Shown: positions 18,639 to 30,556 of the stretch, in pieces
Layout of the letters: every line of letters begins with the position of its first letter
Numbering within the stretch: the stretch's first letter is position 1
DNA from: Gammaproteobacteria bacterium
Lineage (GTDB): Bacteria > Pseudomonadota > Gammaproteobacteria > Ga0077536
Length of the DNA: 62,903 nt
Direction of reading: 5' to 3'
Assembly: GCA_030429865.1 (NCBI GenBank)
Contig: JAUIFX010000002.1
Location: 1 to 62,903, forward strand
Position numbers and translations under genes: made by a program
Notes under the pieces: model-generated
The model's database searches: none
The model's input: the letters and a program-made list of their open reading frames with translations, nothing else
Told to the model about the DNA's origin: nothing

Positions 18639-18936
18639 CGATTTCTTGTAGCTCTGGCTGACGACGGCGCACGGTTGCGCCGGGCAGGACGTTCGATCGG
18701 GCCAGTGTATACCGGATCGCGCCCGACCGGTCCGCGTGCCATCCCTGCGGGCGGTCGAAGGGTGGTCGAACGGCGGCCTGATGCCAGCCCGAGGGCAGCC
18801 CGAGGGTAGCGATAGTAGCAAAGCGGGCAACGCGGCCGCGCAGCCACGCCACCACCCACGCGCCCGCCGCGGGCGACCTCGGCACGGCCGCTTCGCGGCG
18901 CTTGATTGCCCCCGGGGCTTCGGCTGCAATAGCGCG

Positions 18937-19536
18937 ATGCTGCTCCTCATCGTGCTCGTCGCCGCGGCCTACGCGATCGGCTCGGTCGCCTCCGCGGTGA
19001 TCGTGTGCCGCGCGCTCGGCATCGCCGATCCGCGCGAGGTCGGCTCGGGCAACCCCGGCGCCACCAACGTGCTGCGTCACGGTGGCAAGAAAGCCGCCAT
19101 CGTGACCCTGCTCGGCGATGCCGGCAAGGGCGTGCTGCCGGTCCTCGCTGGCCACCTGCTCGGGTTCGCGCCGCCTGCGCTCACCGCGATCGGCGCGGCC
19201 GCGTTCGCCGGTCACCTGTTCCCAATCTTCTACGGCTTCAAGGGCGGTAAGGGCGTGGCCACGTTCATCGGCGTGAACTTCGCGCTCGATTGGCGCATCG
19301 GCGCGGCGTTTGCCGTGGTGTGGCTGCTCGTCGCACTGGCCACGCGCTATTCGTCGCTCGCCGCACTACTCGCCACGGCGCTGACACCCGTGGTCGCCTG
19401 GTACCTCGCGCAACCCGCGGCCGCGGTCGCACTCTACGCGGTGATGGCGGCACTCATCTTCTGGCGCCACCAGCGCAACATCCGCGACCTGCTCGCCGGG
19501 CGCGAGAAGAAGATCGGCGAGAAAAGCCCGGCCTGA
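18937..19536 (+). CDS. plsY: glycerol-3-phosphate acyltransferase PlsY
   Basis: [32 protein letters not shown]. Confidence 0.9.
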   Translation: MLLLIVLVAAAYAIGSVASAVIVCRALGIADPREVGSGNPGATNVLRHGGKKAAIVTLLGDAGKGVLPVLAGHLLGFAPPALTAIGAAAFAGHLFPIFYGFKGGKGVATFIGVNFALDWRIGAAFAVVWLLVALATRYSSLAALLATALTPVVAWYLAQPAAAVALYAVMAALIFWRHQRNIRDLLAGREKKIGEKSPA

Positions 19537-19549
19537 GGCGTGCCGCGGT

Positions 19550-20575
19550 TCAGCGGGCCGGATGCGGCGCCGGCAGCGTATCCAGCGGCCAGCGCGGGCG
19601 CACGGCGAAAGCGGCGCCGTCGGCTTCACCGGCGACCAGGCGCCGGTAGCCGGCATAGGCGATCATCGCGCCGTTGTCGGTCGCCAGGCGCAGCGGCGGA
19701 AACACCACGCGACAGCCGAGGTCCGTCCCCAGCGCGGCGAGCGCGGCGCGCAGGTCGGCGTTGGCGCTCACACCGCCGGCGACGACCAGCGTCCGCAGAC
19801 CGGTGGCCTTCAGTGCGCGGCGGCACTTGATGACGAAGGTATCGACCACCGCGTCGGTGAACGCACGGGCAACGTCGGCGCCGAGCGCCGCGTTCGCCGG
19901 GGTTTCGGCGAGCGTGTTCATGACGTAGGTCTTCAGGCCGCTGAAGCTGAAATCGAGGCCCGGCCGATCGGTCATCGGGCGCGGAAAGCGGAACCGCGCG
20001 CCGTCACCCGCGCGCGCCAGTCGCTCGATCGCGGGCCCGCCCGGGTAGCCGAGGTCGAGCATCTTGGCGACCTTGTCGAACGCTTCGCCGGCGGCATCGT
20101 CGAGCGATTCGCCGATGATGCGGTAGGCACCGAGCGCCTCGACGTGCACGAACTGCGTGTGCCCGCCGGACACCAGCAGGGCAAGGAACGGCATCTCGAG
20201 ATCGTCGTGCTCGAGCAGCGGCGCGAGCAGGTGGCCTTCCATGTGGTGCACGCCGAGCGCCGGGATGTCCAGGCTCCAGGCGAGCGCCCGCGCGAAGCCG
20301 GCGCCGACCAGCAAGGCGCCGGCGAGGCCCGGTCCGGCCGTGTAGGCGACGGCGTCGAGGTCGGCCGGAACGAGGCCGCATTCGGCCAGGGTCTCGCGCA
20401 CCAGCGGCACCAGCTTGCGCACGTGGTCGCGCGACGCCAGTTCCGGCACCACGCCGCCGTAGGCTGCGTGCGTCGCGACCTGGCTGTAGAGACGCTCGGC
20501 GAGCAGTCCGCGGGCGCCGTCGTAGACCGCCACCCCGGTCTCGTCGCAGGAGGTTTCCAGGCCCAGCACGCGCAT
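19550..20575 (-). CDS. tsaD: tRNA N6-adenosine threonylcarbamoyltransferase
   Basis: [30 protein letters not shown]. Divergent from rpsU as in E. coli. Confidence 0.95.
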   Translation of the reverse strand: MRVLGLETSCDETGVAVYDGARGLLAERLYSQVATHAAYGGVVPELASRDHVRKLVPLVRETLAECGLVPADLDAVAYTAGPGLAGALLVGAGFARALAWSLDIPALGVHHMEGHLLAPLLEHDDLEMPFLALLVSGGHTQFVHVEALGAYRIIGESLDDAAGEAFDKVAKMLDLGYPGGPAIERLARAGDGARFRFPRPMTDRPGLDFSFSGLKTYVMNTLAETPANAALGADVARAFTDAVVDTFVIKCRRALKATGLRTLVVAGGVSANADLRAALAALGTDLGCRVVFPPLRLATDNGAMIAYAGYRRLVAGEADGAAFAVRPRWPLDTLPAPHPAR

Positions 20576-20598
20576 CAGGCGGCCCTCGGCGCAAATTC

Positions 20599-20627
20599 TC
20601 GACTTTGTCGCTGCACGCGGCTATTAT
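20599..20627 (+). promoter_or_regulatory. candidate sigma70 promoter of rpsU
   Basis: TCGACT, 17-nt spacer, TATTAT, located 66 nt upstream of the rpsU ATG. An aagga SD lies 12 nt before the ATG. Confidence 0.3.
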
Positions 20628-20692
20628 CGCGCGTTCCCTTGCAGCCCGGCGGCCCGTGTGCGGTCCGCACCAACGAAGGATTTGATTCAGGT

Positions 20693-20908
20693 ATGCCCAC
20701 TGTTCGCGTCCGAGAAAACGAGCCTTTCGACATTGCCATGCGTCGCTTCAAGCGCGCCTGCGAAAAAGCGGGCGTCCTCGCCGAAGTGCACCGCCGCGAA
20801 TACTACGAGAAGCCGACCCAGGTGCGGAAGCGCAAAGCCGCCGCCGCCGTCAAGCGCTGGCAGAAGAAAGCCGCGCGCCAGTCGCTGCGTCGCACGCGTC
20901 CCTACTGA
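20693..20908 (+). CDS. rpsU: 30S ribosomal protein S21
   Basis: [42 protein letters not shown], 71 aa. Confidence 0.95.
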   Translation: MPTVRVRENEPFDIAMRRFKRACEKAGVLAEVHRREYYEKPTQVRKRKAAAAVKRWQKKAARQSLRRTRPY

Positions 20909-20937
20909 CCCCCTCCCACGCCCCTTCCCGCCCGCGC

Positions 20938-21393
20938 TTGAGCACCGAGATCCGCGATCGCCTCGCCGCCGACGTCAAGGCGGCGATGAAAGCCGGTGAA
21001 AAGGACCGCCTCGCCGCGCTGCGCCTGATATCCGCCGCCTTCAAGCAGTTCGAGGTCGACCAGCGCGCCGAGGTCGACGACGAGCGCGCCGTCGAACTGC
21101 TCACGCGCATGGCGAAGCAGCGCCGCGAGTCGATCGAGCAATATGACAGCGCGGGCCGCGACGAACTCGCGGACAAGGAGCGTTTCGAACTCGACATCAT
21201 CGCCACCTACCTCCCCGCACAGCTCGACGCGGCAGAACTCGAGGCGCACGTCGCCGCCGCCATCGCGAGCACCGGCGCCAGCGGCATGCGCGACATGGGC
21301 AAGGTGATGGGCGTGCTCAACGGCGAACTCAAGGGCCGTGCCGACATGGCCGCGGTAAGCGCCCTGGTCAAGGCCCGCCTCGCCGGGCAGTAA
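20938..21393 (+). CDS. GatB/YqeY domain protein
   Basis: IRDRLAADVKAAMKAGEKDRLAALRLI ... MGKVMGVL. TTG start. Confidence 0.85.
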   Translation: MSTEIRDRLAADVKAAMKAGEKDRLAALRLISAAFKQFEVDQRAEVDDERAVELLTRMAKQRRESIEQYDSAGRDELADKERFELDIIATYLPAQLDAAELEAHVAAAIASTGASGMRDMGKVMGVLNGELKGRADMAAVSALVKARLAGQ

Positions 21394-21505
21394 GCCCGGC
21401 CGCCCGCCCGCGTCCCCCGATTCGCCGCGACGCGATTCCCGCGTCCGCCCGGCGCCGCTACACCGGTACAATAGCGCGCCCGAGTCCGAGTTTCCCCGCC
21501 CCGCC

Positions 21506-23245
21506 ATGGCCGGACGCATCCCGGAACAGTTCATCGACGACCTGCTCGCCCGCATCGACATCGTCGATGTCATCGAGGCGCACCTGCCGCTGCGCAAGGC
21601 CGGCCGCGAGTTCCAGGCGCTGTGCCCCTTCCACGGCGAAAAGACGCCGTCGTTCACGGTCAGCCGCGAGAAGCAGTTCTTCCATTGCTTTGGCTGCGGC
21701 GCCCACGGCACCGCCGTCGGCTTCCTCATGCAGCATCGCAACCTCGAATTCCCGGAGGCCATCGAAGAACTCGCCGCGATGGTCGGCGTCGAGGTCCCGC
21801 GCGAGGGCGGCGGTGGCAGTCGCGGCCGCGCGAGCGACAGCCGCGAACTCTACGCGGTGCTCGAGCGCGCGCGCAGCTGGTTCGAGCAACAGCTGCGCCA
21901 GGCCGAATCGCGCCAGCGTGCGGTCGATTACTTCAAGGGGCGCGGGGTGAGCGGCGAGATCGCACGCCGGTTTCGCCTCGGCTTCGCGCCGGACGGCTGG
22001 CGCAACCTCTACGAGAAGCTGACCGCGGAAGGTATCGACGAGAGCCGCCTCGAGCGCACGGGCCTGGTCATCAAGCGTGAACGCGGCGGCTACTACGACC
22101 GCTTCCGCGACCGCGTGATGTTTCCCATCCACGACCGGCGCGGGCGCGTCATCGGCTTCGGCGGGCGCGTCATCGACCAGGGCGAACCTAAGTACCTCAA
22201 CTCGCCCGAGACCGAGGTCTTCCACAAGGGACGCGAGCTGTACGGCCTGTTCGAGGCGCTCGCTGCCGGCAAGCCGCGCAGCCTGCTCGTCGTCGAGGGC
22301 TACATGGACGTCATCGCGCTCGCCCAGCACGGGCTCGACAATGCCGTCGCGACGCTCGGTACCGCGGTCACCGGTGACCACCTCGACCAGCTGTTCCGTC
22401 ACGTGCCCGAGGTGGTGTTCTGTTTCGACGGCGACGCCGCCGGGCGGCGGGCGGCGTGGAAAGCGCTGGAAACCGCCCTGCCGCGCATGGCCGGCGATCG
22501 CCAGGTGCGCTTCGCATTCCTCCCCGAGGGCCACGATCCGGACACCGCCGTGCGCGAATTCGGCGCCGACGGCTTCCTGCGCGAAGCGAAACGCTACGGG
22601 CTGTCGGAGTACCTGCTCGAACAGCTGCGCCGGGACATCGACATCACGACCGCGGACGGCCGCACGCGTCTCGTCGCCCAGGCGGTGCGCCACCTCAAGC
22701 AGATCCCCGACGAGGCGCACCGCGTGACCGGCGCGCGCCTGCTCGCCGGGCTGTCGCAGTTCGACGAGGATCTCATCCGCGAGCAGCTCGGTTTCCGCTC
22801 GCGGCGCCGCGCACGGGCGCCGGTCGCGCCGCTCAACCGCTTCACCCGGCGCAGCCTGGAGGAGCAGGTCCTGGCGATACTGTTGCAGCAGCCGGCGCTC
22901 GCGGCCTGCGTCGCGCCGGCCGCCATCGGAACCCTCGGCGAGCTCGACACCGCGGCCCTGTTGCTCGCCGTGCACGCGCAGGCCAGGGCCGGCATCGGCA
23001 CCGCGGCGCTGCTCGAACGTTTCCGCGGCACGCCGCACGAAGCCGCGCTGCTTGAACTCGCCGCGGCCGACCTCAATATTGCACCGGAAGCGATGGAAAC
23101 CGAGCTGCGTGATGCCGTCGCCCGGCTGGTCCAGCGCGTCGAGGACCGCCAGATCCAGCGCATCCGCGCGATTCCTTTTGCCGAGATGACGCCGGAACAG
23201 AAGGAGCTGCTGCGCAACTACCGCCGCCGGCCGGCGCCGGAGTGA
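21506..23245 (+). CDS. dnaG: DNA primase
   Basis: Zinc finger CPFHGEKTPSFTVSREKQFFHCFGCGAHG. TOPRIM motif VVEGYMDVIAL. Confidence 0.95.
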   Translation: MAGRIPEQFIDDLLARIDIVDVIEAHLPLRKAGREFQALCPFHGEKTPSFTVSREKQFFHCFGCGAHGTAVGFLMQHRNLEFPEAIEELAAMVGVEVPREGGGGSRGRASDSRELYAVLERARSWFEQQLRQAESRQRAVDYFKGRGVSGEIARRFRLGFAPDGWRNLYEKLTAEGIDESRLERTGLVIKRERGGYYDRFRDRVMFPIHDRRGRVIGFGGRVIDQGEPKYLNSPETEVFHKGRELYGLFEALAAGKPRSLLVVEGYMDVIALAQHGLDNAVATLGTAVTGDHLDQLFRHVPEVVFCFDGDAAGRRAAWKALETALPRMAGDRQVRFAFLPEGHDPDTAVREFGADGFLREAKRYGLSEYLLEQLRRDIDITTADGRTRLVAQAVRHLKQIPDEAHRVTGARLLAGLSQFDEDLIREQLGFRSRRRARAPVAPLNRFTRRSLEEQVLAILLQQPALAACVAPAAIGTLGELDTAALLLAVHAQARAGIGTAALLERFRGTPHEAALLELAAADLNIAPEAMETELRDAVARLVQRVEDRQIQRIRAIPFAEMTPEQKELLRNYRRRPAPE

Positions 23246-23453
23246 ACTCGAGCGCTGCCGCGAACCTCTAAGAGCGTGTCGCGGAAGGCCGCTGACCGGT
23301 GCCGCGGTGTGTACAGACGGCCCGCAATCGCCTTATACTGTCCGGCTGGTTTATGGCGCATTTGCGGCACGTTCGTGCGGTGCAGATCGACATCGTTAGA
23401 CTACACTTCAAGTAGTTATCCCAACAGATTGAAGCGTGAGAGGCTGATCCAGA

Positions 23454-25331
<1,878 letters not shown>

Positions 25332-25380
25332 CCCACTCGAGGGGGGTGCGCGGACAACGCCACCCCCTTGCCCCTTCGAG

Positions 25381-25401
25381 GCCGGCACGCAAGGTGCCGG
25401 C
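25381..25401 (+). terminator. stem-loop between rpoD and the tRNA
   Basis: gccggcac-gcaag-gtgccggc gives a perfect 8-bp stem 50 nt after the rpoD stop. No U-tract. Could be a terminator or a tRNA processing structure. Confidence 0.3.
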
Positions 25402-25412
25402 CGCTGTGCCCC

Positions 25413-25489
25413 GGGCCTGTAGCTCAGTTGGTTAGAGCAGGGGACTCATAATCCTTTGGTCGTAGGTTCAAGTCCTACCGGGCCCACCA
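25413..25489 (+). tRNA. ileX: tRNA with CAU anticodon, most likely tRNA-Ile2 (lysidine-modified), CCA encoded
   Basis: The cloverleaf folds by hand: acceptor GGGCCTG/CGGGCCC, D arm GCTC/GAGC, anticodon arm GGGGA-CTCATAA-TCCTT, T arm GTAGG-TTCAAGT-CCTAC. It has G1-C72 (not an initiator) plus C4-G69 and C5-G68. It is close to my recollection of E. coli ileX and lies downstream of rpoD as ileX does. Confidence 0.8.
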
Positions 25490-25620
25490 TCTCGGCACTT
25501 GCGCATTGCGCGGCAACCCGCGCACCGCCTACCCGGTACACGCCGACGGCTCGTGCCTGGCCGCGCCCGAGGCGCGCGTAGCCGTGGACTGGCCATGGCC
25601 GGCAACCCGGCGCAAACGCG

Positions 25621-26607
25621 TCAGTCGCCGACCAGCTGTGCCGCCGCCCGCCCGGCACGGGCGGGAGCGAGTCCCGGCGTACGCGGCAGCGTGGCGGGTT
25701 CGCGCAGCAGCATGCCCGAAGCGGGATCGAGATGCGTGACGAAGAACTCGAGGAAGTCGCGAATCTTGCCGGCGATGTGGTCGCGGCTGCCGTAGAGGGC
25801 GTAGACCGGCAGCGAGATCGGCGTGCCGTCGACGAGCGTTATCTCGTCGAGTTCGCCGCGCTCGAGTTCCTCGATGACCGCGTAGCGCGGCACGTAGGTG
25901 ACGCCGATGCCGCCGACCGTGGCCTCGATCACGGCCTCCGTGCTCAGGGATGAGAAGTTGCCGGACACGGGCTGCTCGATGCGGCTGCCGTCGCGCTCGA
26001 AATCCCAGCGGCCGGTGTCCTGGATGGAACGGTCGACGATGCAGTTATGGGCGTCGAGATCGGTGCTGCGGCGTGGTGTCCCCGCACGGGCGAGATAGGA
26101 CGGCGCCGCGCACAGCGCGAACGGCGCGCGCCCGACCTGGCGCGAGACCAGCGAGCTGTCGCGCAGTTTGCCGAGGCGGAAGATGAGGTCGAGGCGCGAG
26201 GCGATGACGTTCGGCTCGTCGTCCTGCAGCCCGAGTTCGACGCGGATGTCGACATATTGACGCAGGAAGCCGGCGATGATCGGGGTCAGCACGTGGGTGC
26301 CGAAAGACGGCGGACAGTTCACGCGCAGCACGCCGCGCGGGCCGCTTGCGAGCGCCGTGACGGCGGTCTCGGTGTCGTCGATCTGCTGCAGGATTTCGAT
26401 GGCGCGGCCGACGTAGAGTTCACCAGCGTCGGTCAGCGAGACGCCGCGCGTGGTCCGGTGCAGCAGGCGCACGTCGAGCTCGTCCTCGAGCTGCTTGACC
26501 TGTTTCGACATCATGCCCGGCGTGACCCCGAATTCCTTCGCGGCGGCCGAGAACGAGCCCAGCTTGGCCACCGTGACCAGCGAGCGCATGTGTCCGAGCT
26601 TGTCCAT
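25621..26607 (-). CDS. LysR family transcriptional regulator
   Basis: N-terminal HTH MRSLVTVAKLGSFSAAAKEFGVTPGMMSKQVKQLEDELDVRLLHRTTRGVSLT, followed by a substrate-binding domain. Confidence 0.9.
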   Translation of the reverse strand: MDKLGHMRSLVTVAKLGSFSAAAKEFGVTPGMMSKQVKQLEDELDVRLLHRTTRGVSLTDAGELYVGRAIEILQQIDDTETAVTALASGPRGVLRVNCPPSFGTHVLTPIIAGFLRQYVDIRVELGLQDDEPNVIASRLDLIFRLGKLRDSSLVSRQVGRAPFALCAAPSYLARAGTPRRSTDLDAHNCIVDRSIQDTGRWDFERDGSRIEQPVSGNFSSLSTEAVIEATVGGIGVTYVPRYAVIEELERGELDEITLVDGTPISLPVYALYGSRDHIAGKIRDFLEFFVTHLDPASGMLLREPATLPRTPGLAPARAGRAAAQLVGD

Positions 26608-26828
26608 GACTAAACGCTTTCCTTCGGGCCGTCGTTAGCCCGCTACAACGGCAGGTGAGGGCCCGGGCGCTGCCCCCCGGGCCGTGCACGCTTGGGCCGA
26701 AGACGCACGCCGTGGCGGCGTACCGCGCCTCCCGCGAGGTACTTGCTGCATTGCAGCACACCGACCAGCATAGGCCAGCGCCGGGGGGCGATCAACGCGC
26801 GCAGTGTGCGGCCTGCCGCAAATCGGGC

Positions 26829-27647
26829 TCAGCGCACCCCCAGGATCCACCCCTCGAGCCGAGCCTGGCGCCGTTCCTTCAGCGTCAGCGGCGGGTTGAA
26901 ATAATCGGCGAGCGCGCCGCGCGTGTCCATCTCGCGCAGCCAGCTCGCGACGACGAAAGCGTCGTGTTCGTCGGCGGTGCGCCCGGCGCGGCCGTAACGG
27001 CGCCGGAACAGGGACGGGAAGACCTCGGCGACGACCGATTTACCCGCATCGACGTCGAAACCGTCGAACGGCCAGAAATGCGTGCGTGCACGGATCCTGG
27101 GATCGCGGCGCAGCTGTTGCAGCCAGGGAATGCCGGCGTGGGTGGATTTCGCCACCGAGCCCTGCACGTCGAAATGGAACACGCTCTTGGCGCCGGCGGT
27201 CCAGCGTTCGCACAGGCGCAGTTCGCTCGCGTCACCGCCGACGGGATTGTCGCGGCGCGCAAATTCGACGTGCATGTGATCGAAATCGGTACGCCAACGC
27301 GAGCAGAAATGGCCCAGGAACGCGTCCCAGCTGGCGAGTTCGTGGCGTTCGAAGTAGCCGAGTGGAAAGGCGAAGCCGTGATCGATGCCGATGATGCACG
27401 GGGCATCGCCGAGCAGGCATTCATGCAGGTAACGGCCGACTTCCTTGCGGCACCAGTTGCGCGCCCCGCGATCGTAGGGCTGCACGGCATCCACTTCGCC
27501 GGCGCCGGCGCAGGCGTAGACCTGGAGCGCGCGCAGGCGCGAGACGGGCGCCTCGGCGCCCGAGTAGTCGATGCCGACATAGCGCGCGAACTGGGTCATG
27601 GGCTCCACCGTGACACGGGCGTCGATTTTCTTGAGCAGCGCAGTCAT
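26829..27647 (-). CDS. hypothetical protein, DUF429/RNase H-like fold suspected
   Basis: 272 aa. YVGIDYSGA near the N-terminus, IIGIDHGFAFP, and C-terminal DEHDAFVVASWL resemble DUF429 motifs as I recall them. The ATG at 27647 overlaps the ChaC-like stop (ATGA). ATG at 27599 is an alternative. Confidence 0.55.
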   Translation of the reverse strand: MTALLKKIDARVTVEPMTQFARYVGIDYSGAEAPVSRLRALQVYACAGAGEVDAVQPYDRGARNWCRKEVGRYLHECLLGDAPCIIGIDHGFAFPLGYFERHELASWDAFLGHFCSRWRTDFDHMHVEFARRDNPVGGDASELRLCERWTAGAKSVFHFDVQGSVAKSTHAGIPWLQQLRRDPRIRARTHFWPFDGFDVDAGKSVVAEVFPSLFRRRYGRAGRTADEHDAFVVASWLREMDTRGALADYFNPPLTLKERRQARLEGWILGVR

Positions 27648-28189
27648 CGCGCCGCCATGTGCAAGGTCATGCCGTCGCCCGCTTCGACCGTGGCATGGAG
27701 GCTCGCCACTTCGTCGTCCTCGATACCGAGTTCGACCAGCGTCGCCGCGAGGCGCGCGAGGTATTCGCGGTTCGAACCGCTCGGCCCGTGAGCGCGCGCG
27801 ATCTGCGCGGCCATCGCACCGAGCGGCGCCGGCCCGGCGAAACTCGGGTTGTCCGGACCGGCGATATAGGTCAGCGCCTCCGCGGCGCTGCCGTCGTCGA
27901 ATTCCAGGGCCACCGTATGCGCGTCGTAACCGTTTTTCTCGCGCTCGTCGAGCATCGCGACGATGGCCTCGTAGTGCGCCGCTTCGGCCTGGAAGGCGAC
28001 ACCCCAGCAGGTCGCCGCCGCGTCGGCCACCAGCGTCACCACCCGGCCAGGGGCCGCCGGCACGCCGCGATGATCGGGCGAAGCCTGCCAGAAGCGCCGC
28101 CGCCAGCCGCGCACGGCCGCCTTGCGCGCGGTGGTGTAGGGAAAGTCGGGCCGCCAGATGAGCGAACCGTAACCGAAGATCCAATGCAT
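27644..28189 (-). CDS. gamma-glutamylcyclotransferase, ChaC family
   Basis: MHWIFGYGSLIWRP, RGWRRRFWQ, PGRVVTL, LDEREKNGY. Confidence 0.8.
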   Translation of the reverse strand: MHWIFGYGSLIWRPDFPYTTARKAAVRGWRRRFWQASPDHRGVPAAPGRVVTLVADAAATCWGVAFQAEAAHYEAIVAMLDEREKNGYDAHTVALEFDDGSAAEALTYIAGPDNPSFAGPAPLGAMAAQIARAHGPSGSNREYLARLAATLVELGIEDDEVASLHATVEAGDGMTLHMAAR

Positions 28190-28352
28190 GTCGTGTCTCT
28201 GCGCGGCACACGGTGTCACCGGTTGCCGCTCCTGCTCGAAGCGTTGACAATGAGGCGCAGTATCTTACGCGCTCGCGGTCCGCCCTTCGATGCCAGTGCG
28301 CCAACGCGCCTGCGGGTGCGGCCTGCCGCGCCCGGAATCCTCGACACCCATC

Positions 28353-29072
28353 ATGCTCGTCATCGGTCATCGCGGCGCCGCCGGTCACGTCGCCGAGAAC
28401 ACGCTCGGCTCGATACGCCGGGCGCTCGCCCTCGGCGTCGACGGCATCGAGTTCGACGTACGCCGCTGCGGCGACGGCCTCGTGGTCCTGCACGATGCGA
28501 CGCTCGAACGCACCACCGACGGTCACGGCCCGTGCCGTGACCTGCCGCTCGCCGAACTGCGCACGCTGCACACGGCCAACGGCGAACGCGTGCCACTGCT
28601 CGACGAAGTCCTCGCGCTCGTCTCCGGCTGTGCGCTGGTCAACGTCGAGATCAAGGAAGGCGACATCGCCGACAGCGTGGTCGCCGCGCTCGAGCAATGC
28701 TATGCGGAGACGCCGCGCGCACTCGAACACGTGCTGTTGTCGACGTTCGACGTCGCCGCCACCGCGCACCTGGCCTCACACCGCGGCCGCATGCGGCTCG
28801 GCGTGCTCTACGAGGACGAACCGTTCGCGCACGCCCTCACCCGGGCAGGCGAGCTCGCCGCCGACTCCATCCACCTGCCGCTCGAGGACGTCTCGCTCGC
28901 GGCGGTCACCGCGGCACGCGACGCCGGTCTCGCCGTCTATGTCTACACCGTCAACGAGGCCGCCGACATCGCACACTGTCATGCCTGTGGTGTCGATGGC
29001 GTGTTTTCCGATTTTCCCGACCGGGTGATCGCGTTCAAGCGCGATCACGGCGACAAGGAGACACAACGATGA
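28353..29072 (+). CDS. ugpQ: glycerophosphodiester phosphodiesterase (cytoplasmic, UgpQ-like)
   Basis: [30 protein letters not shown]. No signal peptide. Confidence 0.85.
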   Translation: MLVIGHRGAAGHVAENTLGSIRRALALGVDGIEFDVRRCGDGLVVLHDATLERTTDGHGPCRDLPLAELRTLHTANGERVPLLDEVLALVSGCALVNVEIKEGDIADSVVAALEQCYAETPRALEHVLLSTFDVAATAHLASHRGRMRLGVLYEDEPFAHALTRAGELAADSIHLPLEDVSLAAVTAARDAGLAVYVYTVNEAADIAHCHACGVDGVFSDFPDRVIAFKRDHGDKETQR

Positions 29073-30556
29073 GCGTGCTGCTCGCACTCGACCAGGGCAC
29101 CACCAGTTCGCGCGCGCTGGTGTTCGATGCCGACGGCCACCAGCTCGCACTCGCGCGCGAGGAGTTTCCGCAGATCTTCCCGCAGCCGGGCTGGGTCGAG
29201 CACGATCCGAACACGATCCTGTCGAGCCAGGTCGCCGTGGCGCAGGCGGCGCTCGCGCAGGCCGGGGTCAGCGCGCGCGACGTCGCCGCCATCGGTATCA
29301 CCAACCAGCGCGAGACCTGCCTGCTGTGGGAACGCGCAAGCGGACGGCCCTGCGGCAACGCGCTGGTCTGGCAGGACCGCCGCACCGCCGCGCTGTGCGC
29401 GGAACTGCGCGCGGATGGCGCGGAGGAACTCGTCGCCGCCCGCTCGGGCCTGGTCGTCGATCCCTACTTCTCCGCGTCCAAGCTGCGCTGGCTGCTCGAC
29501 CAGGACGCCACGCTGCGCGCCCGCGCCGGGCGCGGCGAACTCGCCTTCGGCACCATCGACAGCTGGCTGGTGTGGCACCTCAGCGATGCGCGCGAACATC
29601 TCACCGATGCGACCAACGCGTCGCGCACCGGGCTCTACGACATCCATCGCGGCGACTGGGACGACGACCTGCTGGCCTTGTGGCAGGTGCCGCGCGAGGT
29701 GCTGCCACGCGTGGTCGATACCGCCGGCGTGTGCGCGACGACCAGCACGCTCGGCGCCGAGATACCCATCGCCGGCATCGCCGGCGACCAGCAGGCGGCG
29801 CTGTTCGGCCAGGCCTGCTTCGAACCCGGCATGGCGAAATGCACCTACGGCACGGGCTGTTTCCTGCTGCTGGTCACCGGCACGCAGGCGCCGCGCTCGC
29901 GGCATCGCATGCTCACGACCATCGCCAGCCGCATCGCGGGCGAAACCCATTACGCGCTGGAAGGCAGCGTCTTCATGGGTGGCGCCACGGTACAGTGGTT
30001 GCGCGACGGTCTCGGCATCATCGCCACCGCGGCGGAGGTCGAAGCGCTCGCGGCAAGCGTGCCGGACAGCGATGGCGTGGTGCTGGTACCGGCCTTCACC
30101 GGGCTCGGCGCGCCGCACTGGGACGCCGATGCGCGCGCCCTGCTGATCGGCATGACACGCGGCACCACGCGCGCCCACGTCGCGCGCGCCGCGCTCGACG
30201 GCATCGCCTGCCAGGTCGCCGATCTCGCCACGGCGATGCGTGCCGATGCCGGGATCGCGCCGGCCGAACTGCGCGTCGACGGCGGTGCGAGTAACGACGA
30301 CCTGCTCATGCAGACCCAGGCCGACCTGCTCGACCTGCCGCTGGTGCGTCCGCGCGAGAGCGAGTGCACGGCGTTCGGGGCGGCAATGCTCGCCGGCCTC
30401 GGCGTCGGCCTGTACGGCAACCGGGAGTCGGCTGCCGCGGCCTGGCAGGCCGAACGCCGCTTCACGCCCGCGATGGACGCGGCACGGCGCGCCGCGCACC
30501 TCGAACGATGGCGCAGCGCGGTGGCGCTGGCCGGGGGCTGGGCACGCCCTGCATGA
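29069..30556 (+). CDS. glpK: glycerol kinase
   Basis: [33 protein letters not shown]. The ATG overlaps the ugpQ stop (ATGA). Confidence 0.95.
   Translation: MSVLLALDQGTTSSRALVFDADGHQLALAREEFPQIFPQPGWVEHDPNTILSSQVAVAQAALAQAGVSARDVAAIGITNQRETCLLWERASGRPCGNALVWQDRRTAALCAELRADGAEELVAARSGLVVDPYFSASKLRWLLDQDATLRARAGRGELAFGTIDSWLVWHLSDAREHLTDATNASRTGLYDIHRGDWDDDLLALWQVPREVLPRVVDTAGVCATTSTLGAEIPIAGIAGDQQAALFGQACFEPGMAKCTYGTGCFLLLVTGTQAPRSRHRMLTTIASRIAGETHYALEGSVFMGGATVQWLRDGLGIIATAAEVEALAASVPDSDGVVLVPAFTGLGAPHWDADARALLIGMTRGTTRAHVARAALDGIACQVADLATAMRADAGIAPAELRVDGGASNDDLLMQTQADLLDLPLVRPRESECTAFGAAMLAGLGVGLYGNRESAAAAWQAERRFTPAMDAARRAAHLERWRSAVALAGGWARPA

Noticed and set aside
23246-23453. AT-richer dnaG-rpoD spacer as an sRNA or riboswitch
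   Set aside because: It contains only sigma70-like hexamers (for example TGTACA, 18-nt spacer, TATACT around 23311-23340). I could see no conserved structured element. It is most simply the rpoD promoter/leader region.
25413-26828. tRNA as an integration site of a genomic island
   Set aside because: No integrase, excisionase or phage/transposon gene follows the tRNA. I could not spot a direct repeat of the tRNA 3' end downstream. GC content stays uniformly high.
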